Shown here: one piece after another, positions 1 through 13,222 of the stretch
Layout of the letters: every line of letters starts with the position of its first letter
Position numbering within the stretch: position 1 is the first letter of the stretch
DNA from: Octopus sinensis
Lineage: Eukaryota
NCBI RefSeq assembly: GCF_006345805.1
Contig: NC_043021.1
Span: 11,470,001-11,534,000, forward strand
DNA length: 64,000 nucleotides
Direction: 5' to 3'
The notes under the pieces: generated by a model
Seen by the model: only the letters and a program-made list of their open reading frames with translations
What the model was told of the DNA's origin: nothing
Databases searched by the model: none
Program-made: the position numbers and the translations under genes

Positions 1-36
1 AGGGGGGCAGCAGCCTGAAAAATTTAGGAACCACTG
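1..36. mobile_element. Right end of a hAT (Charlie-like) MITE
   Basis: Ends TTTAGGAACCACTG followed by ATCTAGAT; same terminus as the 60286-60563 element. Confidence 0.6.
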
Positions 37-239
37 ATCTAGATGATATTAATATTTTTGACTTTTAAAATCACTTATATTTTTGGAATGGATATTACGT
101 TTTTTTTTTCTTTTTAAGCAAACTGTCAAATTTAGCCCAAACAGTCAGTATATTCAGAATATCAACGATAAGACTGACTTACATAGTGAGTTGTAATCAG
201 TATTGTAAGTTGCTATGATGCTGTTTGTTTCTTCTCGAG

Positions 240-525
240 CCATACCTGGCTCATAAGGGCCGGTTTCCCGGTTTCCTTGGCGTAGAGGTTCCCCACCTGG
301 ACGGGACGCCGGTCCGTCGCAGGTGAGCTGCAAGATGCAGGAGGAAAGAGTGAGAGAAAGTTGTGGCGAAGGAGTCAGCAGAAGTTCACCATTACCTTGT
401 GCTGGAGCCACGTGGAGCTTAGGTGTTTCACTCATAAACACACACATCGCTTGGTCTGAGATTCAAACATGCAATCCTTTGACTGCGAGTCTGCTGCTCT
501 AGCCATTAGGCCATGCGCCTCTACG
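240..525 (-). mobile_element. tRNA-headed SINE (related copy at about 17815-18190)
   Basis: Minus-strand head GAGGCGCATGGCCTAATGG...TTTGAATC; shares the GAGAGAAAGTTGTGG and GTGGAGCTT-GTGTT body with the 18 kb copy. Confidence 0.6.
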
Positions 526-983
526 AGTTGCTATGATATCTATAGAAAATTCGGTTACCTTCCGTGAGTGTCAACAGAATAATAGTTATCTGCTAGATAT
601 CGTTACTGTTGTTGTTGTCGAGTCATTGTCAGTTGGGTCATCGTCGTCATCTCTTGTCTTTTCACTATGGGTTGGATGGTTTGACAGGGGCTGGTACACC
701 AGAGAACTTTACAGTACTCCACTGTCTTCCTTCACATGGTTTTTACGGCTGGATGCCCTTCCTGATGCCCACCACTTTACAGAGAGAACTGGGTGCTTTT
801 TACATGACAACAGCACCAGCGAGTTCTGTTTTGGCCTGATTCACCAGTGTCACCACCACCATGTAAAAACCCTCAAGCCCACTCTGTGGACCAGGAGTTA
901 TAATGTTAGGTTGTTCTAAAAATAATGGCCGATTTCAGAACCATAATTTCATTCTGGAAAAATTAATGATAGAAATGTTTTGA

Positions 984-2012
984 TTAGTCAAAGTATGAGC
1001 CGTGAACATCTATGCATCTCTGCCATCAATCAACGAGATTATTTATGCCTCGTTGATAAAAACTTACTGGCTTTGATGCTAAGAAATCTTTGAAAGTTGA
1101 TTCCACCTCTGGTTTGGACCTGAAAGTTTTATCACTTAAAAATGATGTGTTTAAATGCTTAAAAAAATGGTAGTCAGTGAGTGAAAGACTAAGAGAATAT
1201 GGAGGATGTGGTAAAGTCTTGTATCCCAAGTCTGTGAGTTTCTGCAACATCATTCTTGCAACATATAGCTTTGCATTATTGTGGAGCAGAATTGGGCCAT
1301 GCCAATTTACCAATGCAGGTCTCATTTTTTGCAAGTGAGCATGTGTTTCAGTGAGTTAATTGCAGTAAACCTCTGCTGTACTGCTCTGATTGGCTTCTAG
1401 GAAGCTGTAATGGACAACATCAATTGCAGACCACCAGACAGTTACCATAATCTTTTGATGATGCAACTTTGGCTTTGGGAAATGTCTGGGGGACTCATCA
1501 CAATCAAGCCATTGACCTGATCATTTAAGGTTATCATAAAGGATCCACTTTTTGTCACAAGTGACTATTCGGTCAAGAAAAGGATCATTGTTGTTTTGCA
1601 GAAAGAGCATTGAGCACACTTCAAAACGCCAAACGTTTTGATTTTCATTGGGCTCATGCGGTGCCCATCTATTGAGATTTTTCATCTTACCAATCTTCTG
1701 CAAATTGCATGAGACCATTGCAATACAGACACCAAGTGCCTGAGATATTTCTCTGATACTCTGACGTGGGTTTTGTTCAACAATTTCTTTCAACTCTTCA
1801 TTGTTAAGGCTGCATGACCATCCTCTACCTTCTCCATCTTCAATGCTCTCATCACCACTACGGAATTTCTGAAACCACCTTCGTATTGTGCGATCACTTG
1901 TGGACCCCTCTCCCCAAGTTCTTTCGATGTTGGCAGCAGCTTGGGAGGCATTGTACCCAAGCTTGAACTCATTCAAGAAAAGTAAGCAAACATCCTTTTT
2001 TGCCATCTTCAT
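984..2012 (-). pseudogene. Mariner (DD34D-type) transposase pseudogene
   Basis: One 343-codon frame with HTH region, WAPHEL-like WAPHEP, VTCDKKW, LLHNNA and HPPYS motifs; stops at 1521, about 1356 and 1026; second catalytic Asp is now Asn. Confidence 0.92.
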
Positions 2013-2056
2013 AATTAAGGGTACCTATGCTTCAAGAATGTTTTCTATCTGAAATA

Positions 2057-2388
2057 TCATCATCATTTAGCATCCGCTTTCCATGCTAGCATGGGTTGGA
2101 CGGTTCAACTGGGGTCTGTGAAGCTGGAAGGCTTCGTCAGGCCCAGTCAGATCTGGCAGTGTTTCTACGGCTGGATGCCCTTCCTAACGCCAACCACTCT
2201 GTGAGTGTAGTGGGTGCTTTTTACGTGCCACCCGCACAGGTGCCAGACAGAGCTGGCAAACGGCCACGAACGGATGGTGCTTTTACGTGTCACCGGCATG
2301 GGGGCCAGGCGAGGCTGGCAACGGACACGAACGGATGGTGCTTTTACGTGCCACCGACATGGGGGCCAGACAGAGCTGGCAATAGGAA
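2057..2388 (-). mobile_element. (GAT)n-tailed SINE, family B (other copies near 640, 7798, 19325, 21880, 23193, 25601, 26070, 30380, 36280, 44320, 53130, 56550, 62995)
   Basis: Recurrent GGAAGGGCATCCAGC...CCAACCCATGCTAGCATGGAAAGCGGACGTTAAACGATGATGAT body and tail. Confidence 0.85.
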
Positions 2389-2745
2389 ATTATTAAAGAG
2401 CATACATCAATACGGATTCCATGGACAGCGAGGCTCACCAATGGAGAAATTCTTAAGCAGATAAGGCCGAAAATGTCCCTAGAAGCTAGGATCACCAAGC
2501 ATAGATTGGCATATTTCAGTCATATTATGCAGAGAAAATCCCTGGAGAAGGACTTCATGCTCGGAATGGTCAGTGGCAAGAGAGGAAGAGGCCGACCAAG
2601 AACCCGCTGGCTTGACACCATCAAGAGTGATACTGGAGTGGACATAGCTAATCTGAAAGAAGCGGCCCAGGATAGAACTGACTGGAGGACACTGATCCGA
2701 GTGACCGAGAGTCGACTTCGACTGAGCGGTTAGAGAGAGAGATAC
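2389..2745 (+). mobile_element. 5'-truncated RTE (BovB-like) LINE 3' end
   Basis: Encodes ...SLEARITKHRLAYFSHIMQRKSLEKDFMLGMVSGKRGRGRPRTRWLDTIK...AAQDRTDWR, the typical RTE ORF2 C-terminus, then an (AG)n tail. Confidence 0.88.
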
Positions 2746-3259
2746 ATGAATTATTATGTTGAAATTCACCTAAAATATAATTAAAATACTATGATAAAAT
2801 TGCATTTCAAAACACAACACTTAGAGTGGCCATTATTTTTGGAACACACTAACAGTTACAATTATTATAATAGTTATAGTACTCTGGGCCCCAGAAACAT
2901 CACTGACAATACATCCAAAATACATTCGTGAGTTTTATTTTAGGAGAGAATTTTCAAATGAGACTTACATAAGTTGAAATATGTCGTGTTATTAAGTTGG
3001 TCAAGTGACGCAATACACCACTGACTAATTCATTATTACATATCTAAGTAGTGTAAATATCTATGATGTAGGCCGTCCTGAAAGAGTAACAGTTGATATT
3101 TAGGAGTGTCTCGGCTATTTTCAGGTAAATAAAATTCTTTGCGGTGTGGGTTTTTGTTCAGATATATTTAAGGAGGATATCGACTGATAAGAAGATTATT
3201 TGAAAGTTAGCTTCAGTTTCTTGACCTAGATCTATCGCTTTCTACAAACACATATACAT

Positions 3260-3265
3260 ATATAC

Positions 3266-3324
<59 letters not shown>

Positions 3325-3327
3325 AGT

Positions 3328-3421
<94 letters not shown>

Positions 3422-3440
3422 GTGTGTGTGTGTGTGAGTT

Positions 3441-3522
<82 letters not shown>
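3260..3522. repeat. Compound (TA)n/(TG)n microsatellite
   Basis: Direct reading. Confidence 0.95.
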
Positions 3523-3523
<1 letters not shown>

Positions 3524-4189
3524 TACACTCCTGTCGAGTGTTCAACAATTTCTTGTTGAACAACCTCACAGATGATTTGTTTATAGTGATTAAATGTCTG
3601 TGCTCACATCAGCTCACTTCCTCCATCGAATCGATATTACCTGTACAGGTGTAATGAGTACCACATGTCAGATGACGAAATCATCACAGAGCAACGTGAA
3701 ATGAAGTGCTTTGCTCAAGAACACAATATGATGCCGGGTGTGGGAATTGAAACCACGATCTCGCAATCGTGAGTGCTGTACCTTAACCACTGAGCCATGC
3801 GCCTTCACACACACACACACATACATGCATGCACATGCACACACATATATTCTTTTATTCTTTTACTTGTTTCAGTCATTTGACTGCAGCCATGCTGGAG
3901 TACTGCTTTAAAGGGTTTTAGTTGAACAAATCGACCCCAGGGTTTATGTATTATCCATACAATTTCAAAGTAAGGTGATTAAAATCAAAATAAGCAACAA
4001 GGATATCCAGAGGTAATGCAGTACAATAGTTTCAAGCAACTCTAATTGAACAATGCAATCATTACACCAGTTTAAATGCAGAGCATTCCTCAGCTGCATA
4101 AAGACAGAATTTAATTAAATTAAAACAGATGGACACATTAGTATAATTTTACTTAAAATCTCCAAGAAAATAAGGAGATAGACAAAGAA

Positions 4190-4880
4190 CATGCTGTCTT
4201 CACTTCAGCTTAGAAGCTACTAAGGTATCAGGAAGGAAGACATGTTACAGATTTTGCTTGTCACTGTTTTATGGGATCATTTTTAATTTAGAGACTAGTT
4301 TATCAAATCTTTGTATATCTAAGGCCAAAAGAACAAGGAGTAGTGCCTGCTAGGAAGGAGGCTGAGGGAGTTGACAGAATCATAGTGGGTAGAGTCATAA
4401 AAAACTATCAAGATTTATTTGAAGCAATATAATGAGATTTGGTAAAGGAAATCTTAAATCAAGGTGGTAGCTGACAATTAAAGGGGCAAGCCTCCAGTAT
4501 TTCCAGTGATCACTATAGGGACAATGCTTTGTTTGTGGTCCACAGTTGCAGTAACTGAGAAGTCAAAGAATATAGGAAAAGAATCAGATCCTTTTTTAAG
4601 AACATGGGCCTTAGTGTCTCCTTTAGCTTCAGCCTTAAAACCACTGACTACTGCAATGTCACCTTAGAGCTACAAAATGACTCCTTCCGTCCCTACCACA
4701 AACCAGGTGAAAACCTAAATTATGTAAATTTCTTATTTAATCACTCCCTCTTTGTCTTTAAATTGGTTGTTAACAGCATCTCCTATTGAATTTTATCTCC
4801 ATCCACCGATAAGAAAATATTCAAGCAACATGTCAAATATTATAATAGGGCCCTAAATCAAGCTAGTTATAAGTACTAAA
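4190..4880 (+). mobile_element. Decayed Penelope-like element, reverse transcriptase region
   Basis: YRDNAL (decayed YRDD) and GLSVSF...LKTTDYCNVTLELQNDSFRPYHKPGENLNYVN...IFKQHVKYYNRAL resemble Penelope RT C-terminal motifs. Confidence 0.7.
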
Positions 4881-4944
4881 TTTATGTGTGTGGATGTGCA
4901 CATGCCTATGTTTGTGTATGTATTTATGTGTGGGTGACCATTTA

Positions 4945-5690
4945 CCTTATGGGTTCCTATGTGCTTGTATATATGATGGACTCTTCCACCAGTTTTGGTG
5001 TACAGGAATCTGACAACCTACACTTATGTTGAATGTGGCATTTGAGTCCCGCCAATGATTTGCAAAGAAGCCTGCAGGTTTTGCAAGTATGAAAATTACA
5101 GGTTGGTGCAGATGGTATGTATGCAACTGCTTTGCTCCTTTGCCTTGCACCCCTTAGCCTGTTAATGCTGGTTGAGACAAAGTCTCTTACACCATTTTGA
5201 CACAGTCAGTCTCCGTTTTGTTTGCTCCATGTGTGCAAGGGTGTTGTGAGCTATATTGACTGGTGAGCGGTTACTCTTCAGCTTGTCCTCTTCTGATATC
5301 TGAGCCATGGTCAACCAAACACTCCCAGGCTATCAAGCTGGTTGTAGAAGAGGATATTGGGTACTTTCTAGTCACTGAAAAATATGTGTGTGTGAAAATT
5401 TGAGTATACATATGTGTGTACAGTTGCATATATGTGTATAAGTAGGAGTCTAGGTATATTTATATGTAGGTCGATGTATGTATGTGTATCTGCGTGTGTA
5501 TTGTGGATGCAGGCAGGCGTGCTTGTGTACAAGAACCTTTTGTTCTACAGAACGGAAAACCCACAACTCCACTGCAGTTTCACCTGCATAAATTTGGACA
5601 ACAGCATTGAAGCCATCAGCAAAAATCTATTGTCACGTCTCTTGAACAGATTTTTATGACAATACTTTTCCCATGAGGGTCCTTCCTTCT
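4945..5690 (-). mobile_element. Decayed RTE-type LINE 3' region
   Basis: Minus strand gives a C-terminal zinc finger CKTCRLLCKSLAGLKCHIQH and an upstream LQWSCG-like motif, interrupted by a microsatellite. Confidence 0.55.
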
Positions 5691-6034
5691 TTCATCTTTC
5701 CTTCCTACACCTCAACTCTAAACCACACCTCGTCTTGCATATTTTGCAACATACTTTTATTCTTTTACTCTTTCCAGTCATTTGACAGTGGCCATGCTAG
5801 AGCACTGCCTTAGAGGTTTTAGTTGAAGAAATTGACCCCAGGACTTATTATTTGTAAGCCTAGAACTAATTCCCTAAGTTTGAAGTTACACACACATACA
5901 TACATATATATATATATATATATTCAACAACAATTGTTGTTGAATTTATATATATAGCCTCTGACTATTTTCTCATTCTCACTAGGCTGCTGGTGGCGAA
6001 AAAATTTCTATTGAATTTTTTGCTACCCTATATT

Positions 6035-6410
6035 GATTAACATATATATATATACATACATACATATATACACACATATATATATACATACATATATATA
6101 TATACATATATATATATATACACACATATATATACATATATATATATACACACATATATATATATACACACATATATATATACACACATATATATATACA
6201 TATATATATATACACACATATATATATACATATATATATATACACACATATATATATATACATACATATATATATACATACATATATATACACACATATA
6301 TATATACACATATATATACACATATATATATACACATATATATATACACATATATATATACACACACACATAAACGTGTGTATATATATATACACACATG
6401 TATATATTGT
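6035..6410. repeat. (TA/CA)n compound microsatellite
   Basis: Direct reading; source of the spurious YI-repeat ORFs. Confidence 0.95.
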
Positions 6411-6814
6411 ATAAACGACAAGTTTCTTTCAGTTTCCGTCTACCAAATCTACTCACAAGGCTTTGGTTGTCCCAAAGTTATAGTAGAAAACACTTGCCCA
6501 AGGTGCCATGCAGTGGGAATGAACTTGGAGCCATGCGGTTGGGATTTAAAAACTGTTTTTTTTTTTAATGTTTTATTACTAGATTTTCCTCTTCTGGCGA
6601 ACTCAACATTGTGGTGTGACTGACTTAGAAACTCTGTACAACAATGTAATCCTCATGAAGATTATCTCAGCTTGACAATTAGCTACATCAAGTAGAGTTG
6701 ATTGCATAATAATTACGTCATCAACTTCAGTAGTTAAGAAACATATGTAGTGTACATTTTACCTGTTCTGCTCCCTCAATTTGGATGTGTGTGTGTGTGT
6801 GACAAAATTTTTAT

Positions 6815-7022
6815 TTTTCGGTCAGTGTTATTTCCTATTTGCTTCTATCTTAAAGATCAAAGGAAATCACTACTGTTCCCTTTAAACTTTGCTTTTCTGA
6901 CCTGGACATCAATGTTTTTGAAACTGACCTATTTCCCATTACATTTCAGACAAATCCAGTGCCGAGTTGCTGAAGCTGAAATATCGTTATAGCAAATATT
7001 CTGCTCAATACTACAGATTTGG
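6815..7022. mobile_element. Interspersed repeat, second copy at about 45553-45770
   Basis: Shared about 200-bp block GATCAAAGGAAATCACTACT...GTTGCTGAAGC-GAAATAT. Confidence 0.75.
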
Positions 7023-7914
7023 TAAAGCCAGTGTCTTGGAGGATGTGGGTTCAATTCCTATAGTTGTTTGTAGACAACTTTTTCCATCTAGTAAGTGTAA
7101 TTTACCCATTATATTTGCTGTTTTAATGGTGATACTACATTGGAAAAAAATACCACCTTCTTGTTTATATTGTGCAATACACATTTGATGCTTCTATGAA
7201 AAACAATTTGTTCAAATATACATACGTAGTTTTTTTTTATGTATTTATATATCGTTGCTATTATGCAAAAGTGTCATAAGTCCAAAACGTTGCTTTTTCA
7301 GATGACGAAAAAATAGTTTTACCATTCCATAGCAAGACCATTGTACTCTACTTTGACAATTTTTTGATATCTTGGCATCTGAAGATACGATAAGCAAAAA
7401 TAAATACATTAGGTCAAATTTGGACATACAACAGTTTAACATAATAGCAACGATATATATATATAACTTAGTATAATGGTACAGAGCACTCAACCAGTAC
7501 CTGAGAGATACAGAATTCGATTTTCTGTAGCCACCAGCAAGCAACATTTTATTTTTCCATTTTCTAAGTGTATTTACCCAATTTTCTAGGTTGTTTTCAC
7601 AGCTAGCCTGCATTCGAAATTCACTTTATTTTCTGTGAGATATCTTATGGTAGTGGGATAGTATTAACTGCTATTTCTAAATTTCGGTATGTGGTGAAGC
7701 AATTTTGCCGAACCCTAATTATAATTATACTTATAATTATAGAATTTTTGTATAAAGTTACCGATAATGGTTCTTTTAACATACTGAACTACTTGGTCAT
7801 CATCATCATCATCATTTAGAGTCCGCTTTCCATGCTAGCATGGGTTGGACGGGTCAACTAGCATGGGTTGGTAAAATTATTAATTGATTAATTAATTTTA
7901 CCCTTTATTATTAT

Positions 7915-8065
7915 TGATTAGATCGCTAGCCACTACACATTCTTTATTTTCTCTCCTTGTTTATTTCTGTGGAAGAGCGTAGGCTTGAAACGTTAAAGAC
8001 TTTTTCACTTCCTGAGCGTTAAACTAATACATCTGTTTGTTGTCTACACCACCTGTCGTCTTTTT
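7915..8065 (+). mobile_element. Penelope pseudo-LTR relic with decayed hammerhead motif (7962-7999)
   Basis: CTGTGGA-A-GAGC-GTAG-GCTT-GAAAC-GTT-AAAGA architecture. Confidence 0.6.
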
Positions 8066-8680
8066 TGTGAATTCTCCCTATATATATCATTCAGAATCAA
8101 AAAATTTTCTTCCATTGAACCTTGTGGTGTGCATGCAACCAGTTGATGTGAATAGGACTGCATTGTGGTTTTTTTTCTTCCCTTTCTTCCCCACAAATGA
8201 TTTCAGCACAGTTTTATACATTGTATTGTGCCTGATTTTCGCTGCACCTATTTTCTAAAGAAGAAAAGAAACTTATTTCAAAAACGTATTTTTTGTCAGT
8301 TTGTTTGACGCACAGAATTAGGCACGCACGCTGACACACACGTCACTATATCTTTTGAAAACAGTTGCTGTTCAAAAATGTTTTTTGACAACAGGTCAAG
8401 GTTGACAACTTTGTAATATTTTTTTAGCAATTTTTATTTTTTTCTTTCTACTTTTCTTTCAAATGCATTTTTTTTCAAAAAACTGTTTTATTATTATGTT
8501 AAATTTCAAATACAAAAAAAAAAGATAGAAAAAAAAGACATGTACAATATGGAAAATCTCTGATTTTTCAGTCATGTTCTTCGAATGGAGTTTGTTAGAT
8601 AGCAAAAAGTGGTAATAATGTTATTTTATTTTTCGTTTTAAATACCAGAGTTATCTATATATTATAATAAATATATATTA

Positions 8681-8715
<35 letters not shown>

Positions 8716-8789
8716 GACAGAGACATACAAGCAATTGACAGATAAATAGACATGAAGAGGAACAGGTAAACATGAAAACAGATAGAGAG

Positions 8790-8833
<44 letters not shown>

Positions 8834-8986
8834 GTAGATTGAGAGACAGACGAACATATAGAGGGAGAGATAAACAGACATGTACAAGTTGTCAGTCTGT
8901 GAGAGAGATGTGGGTACACAGTCGAACTTAATACATACGAAGTATATGGACTGATGCACATGGAAGTGATGGACACGTGCCAACAC

Positions 8987-9017
<31 letters not shown>

Positions 9018-10639
9018 TTTAGTTAGATAGTTAAATAGACATGCAGAGAGAGAGAGAGAGATAGATATAAAATCAGTTAGCGGGGACTATACATGGAGTG
9101 AAAGGAGAGGGGAGGGGGCTAGGCAAGTCAGATGCACGCATAATTAGACAGATAGATAGATGGGATAGAAACAGAGAGGAAAGGCCCAGGGAGTATAATG
9201 AAGACCAGGGAATGAGAGGAGGTGGGTACAATGGGTGTAGTGGAGAAACTCTGGAGAGGAAGAGGAAAAAGAAGCGAGTACATAAATAGATTCAAAATTA
9301 TGCGGCAGATAGGAGGGGAAGATAAGAAAGAAAGATTGTATCCCATCAATGGTGATACATTGGCTAAGATGTTTCTACACATTGTGAAACAGGATGCATT
9401 TCAAACCTAAGATTATAATTATTATTACTATTATTATTGTTAGTAGTAGTATCGTCGTCGTCATCATCATCATCGTTAATAGCATTGTGGCAGTAACCTT
9501 CAGTGCCACAGAAAAAGTTTAAATTAATTCCTTTTTCAATTTTTTCTTTATAAATTGTAAATTAATTCCTCGTGGCAAAATAATTTATTGCATTTTGCAA
9601 CCCCTCTTATGCAACATAATATTTGCTGACAAACCATCACTAGTTCCCCTCCCCCCCGACTCTTACCAATCTCACTTGTGGGTGAATTAGTCAATCAGTT
9701 TTGTCCCTCCAACGTCGCGATTTCAAAATGCTGTTAGCAAAGCGGAGGGGTGAGGAAGGCAAAGGGGTTTTTTTTTTGTGTGTGTGTGTGTGAGACAAAA
9801 GTAAAGCAAATTTATCAAACCATGGAAAAAAAATTGGTTTGTTACGAAAAAGGAAGACGAAAAAAGTTTAATATTTCAAACCACATCCTTCATCAGAAAG
9901 AGAGAAAGTTAACAGGACCGGAAAACTTTACAAATATCTCATTCTCTGGTGAAAAATATTGCCTGAAATAATGCTTTCCACTTCTTCCTCCTGACACAAT
10001 CAATTATTTCCACTGTTTCTGATTCCATTAATTGCCATTACAGACCATCACTAGTTACAATGAATGCTACTGTTTACCTTTTCTTAATTGCAGTAAATAA
10101 GATGTACCAGGCATAATGTGTGTGTGTGTTTTGAGACAAGAGTGGCAAATCTGATCAACACACACACACACACAATACTGTCTCTCCAGCTTTCACACCA
10201 CCACAACCACACAGATGAACCAACCAATTAAAGGCCAGAGCAGGAACCTCTATACCAGGTATGGACAATCATTTACAATAAGTGGGGCCCATGTGACATT
10301 GCTCATTATCAGGCAGGTTGCCCTACATAAAAAAAAACAAAAAAAAAACATTGATGGTGATTTTTCATTAGGCTTACCATTCACAAAAGCCCCACGGGCT
10401 GCAAGTTGCCTGTAGTTGGTTGGTTGCTCACTCTGCTAAATATTGCACAATGTGTATAATACATTGTACACAGTCTTAGGTATTACAATAAGACAAGATA
10501 AAGTTTGAACTTAGAATGTAAAGATGGACGAAATGCAGATAAGCATTTTGCTTGGCCTGCTCATGATTCTGCCATCAATGAGGAAAAGTTGTTGAGCCTG
10601 CAGCGCAGCACCTGTCCCTTAAGGTGAGGAGGAAGCACT

Positions 10640-11460
10640 AATTATTCAGGTGGACTAGAGGTGGCAAGTCTCCATAGTATTTGTCATCTACAACTACCTG
10701 ACTAGAACACTTGCACTTTTGTTTTTGTAGTGGGGACACGAGTTCTGCTGGTCAGATAAGTACATTTGCTGTCAACGCCTGCTGCATGGAAGGCTGGGTG
10801 TGCTGTGGCTAAAGATGTGCACACACATGCTGAGGCTGCAGCATCTTCAATGATTCCTCAACAGTGAACATGTGCAGTCATCATTTATTTGTCAGGTTGG
10901 GTTTCCCACAGCTTGTCTTTTTGACAGAGCTACAGTCCTGGATTGAGTATAAACCAAAGCAGGGCACCTAGCACCTACAGTGTCATCAGGTGTTCTCACA
11001 GCCCTCCACCACTTGAGCAGTGCAATCATTGAAAGTTCCACCATGGTGTGCCATAGAGGACTAGAGGCAGGCAAGGGTAGCATGCTTGGGGAGACTCCAG
11101 GCATCGACTAGAATCAAGTGACTGGTCTGTTTTAGGGGACATTCAGGTTGGGGCCCATGGATAATTTCCATAAATCCCTGACCTCGCCATGCTACCAGGG
11201 GATGTTGTCAGTCAGGGATAAAACTATAGCGGCATTGTGGTGCCATCAGCCAAGCCTGTCCCAAAACAACTCAGAGTGACGAAACAATCCTGCACCTGCT
11301 TGCAGTGTCTGAGCATTGCTGCATCTATTCTAAATACCTGCACATGTGTGTATGACGGATCTGGTTACCAACCGACTCCAGAGTGAAGATTCCACTCTTC
11401 ACTTTCCTTTGGCTGGGAGGAGCAGCCAGGTTTCCTCTGTCTGGTGGCTATGGCAACAGA
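10640..11460 (+). mobile_element. Decayed L1/Tx1-clade LINE ORF2 C-terminus
   Basis: Frameshifted motifs TFRLGPMDNFHKSL, CYQGMLSVRDKL*RH, ACPK...SDETILHLL, QCLSIA resemble the zf-RVT CCHC region. Confidence 0.65.
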
Positions 11461-12051
11461 AGCTGTGAGGTGGATGAGACTGAAAGGACCCGTTCAGTGA
11501 AGCCTTCATGGACCTTTTCTCAAGTTCTATTTCCACCTTCCAAAACTAAGGTGAGGATTGAGAAGGGGGGTGTTCCCCCCACCACCACCACCACCCTGTA
11601 AATATGTTAGGTGGGTGAATGTAGTGAGAATGATTTGAGTGAGCGAGCGTAGTTTAAGCAGGTGACTAGAGAGAACTAGAGTAGGGCAGCCCAGGGTCTG
11701 TGAATTTCTCTGGTTACCACCAGCATCACAATATTTATTTTCCATGCTAGCATGGGTTGGAAACTTTGAGGGGAACTGGTAGGTCAGACTGCACCAAGCC
11801 TTGCAGTGGTAGGTACACTTTGGTATTATTCCTTCAGCTGCGGGTATTTTGCTGTTACACATGTCTATCTACCCCCCCCCCCCCCGCTGGTCTTTGTATG
11901 GTCCGAAATGTTTTTGGCCCTTGCGACAAATAAATCATCATCATTACTATTACAATTGTAGTGCATCAACTCATTGCAAAAAAAAAAAAAAAGCAAACAA
12001 ATTCTCTACTTTTGATGCTGAGTAGTCTCCCTTAGATTTAACATCCGTTTC

Positions 12052-12376
12052 AACCTTTAACATTCAGAATACTGTGAAATGTAAAGCTTATTTATTCGCA
12101 TTGTTTCGAATTAAACCTGCATTGTTTTGTAGCTTCGAGATTTCAATGTGATAGGCCGTATTTAAACATAAAACAGGTAGAATATTCGGGTTGAAGATGG
12201 CCAGTTATAACCCTTTAGCATTCAGATTACTCTGTCAAATGTAATGCATATTTATTCACATTGTTTTGAATTAATCATGCATTATCTTGTGGCCTTGAGA
12301 TGTCAAAGACATGATTGTTTATTTTTAGGATGAATTATTTGGGCCGGATATGGTTGGTTTAAATGAAAAGAGTTAA
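12052..12376. mobile_element. Two tandem piggyBac-like MITE copies (relics also near 30020 and 50320-50570)
   Basis: (T)AACCCTTTAGCATTCAGA start, degenerate GTTAA end, shared body GAATTAATCATGCATTATCT. Confidence 0.6.
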
Positions 12377-13142
12377 CTCTCCGTGACACAGTTTTGGTCT
12401 CAAGGAACTAAAAATTTGTGCTTAACAGTATTGGTATTAACACTGTTGTTGTTGATAGCCTGTCACCCTGTCTGAGTCAGTCAATAAATACCTGTTATGT
12501 AATGGTGTATGGCTGGAGGAAGAGCTATGAGGAGAGGATGGACGACAGCAGGGAGGTGGGTGTAAATTTAGTCGCCTGTGATTCTGTTCGTCAATCCCAA
12601 TGTGAGATTTCTGACCCAAGTTAGACATTCTCATCACCACCACCACAAACATGACCGATACAACTGCCATCATCATCATCATCGATATCATTGTCACCAC
12701 CACTACTACCACTATAACCATCAAGTCAATGGAAGAGGTCACATGCTCATGTGCTGAATCTTATGAAATGGTGGTTGTTTGCATGTATGTGTAATGGTTG
12801 ACATTTACAAGCAGTACCTGTACCATATGAAGGCTATTCCTATGTAAGATGTGTATGTATATATATATATATATATATACTAAAATCAGAAACCAATTGG
12901 TCCAGGAAACTAGATAGTAAAATGTTTTTATTTTTTCATTTCGTTCCTGTCAAATTTTATCCCTAATTTTGTGGTTATTGAACCTAGCTGTTCTTTCTAG
13001 TGTGTTGAATGCCATTAGTGAATTCCTCATATGTTTAAATGTGCACTGTATTTTATGACTAATACATAGTCTTTGGACAAAATTTTTACACGTTAGGCGA
13101 CTGGAAATGAAAATTTTAATTAATTTCCATTTCATATGATTA

Positions 13143-13222
<80 letters not shown>

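Larger units (their letters stand above)
906..2852 (-). mobile_element. Full-length mariner transposon with nested SINE and RTE insertion
   Basis: About 25-bp TIRs at 906-930 (TTAGGTTGTTCTAAAAATAATGGCC) and 2828-2852 (reverse complement TTAGTGTGTTCCAAAAATAATGGCC) enclosing a transposase frame. Confidence 0.88.

Noticed and set aside
3213-6623. ORFs of YI/CV/TH repeats (also near 8.7, 13.0, 35.5, 43.8, 46.9, 57.6, 59.7 kb)
   Set aside because: Translations of dinucleotide microsatellites, which lack stop codons by composition.
7245-7613. 122-aa minus-strand ORF
   Set aside because: No recognisable domain or splice context; AT-rich and adjacent to repeat fragments.
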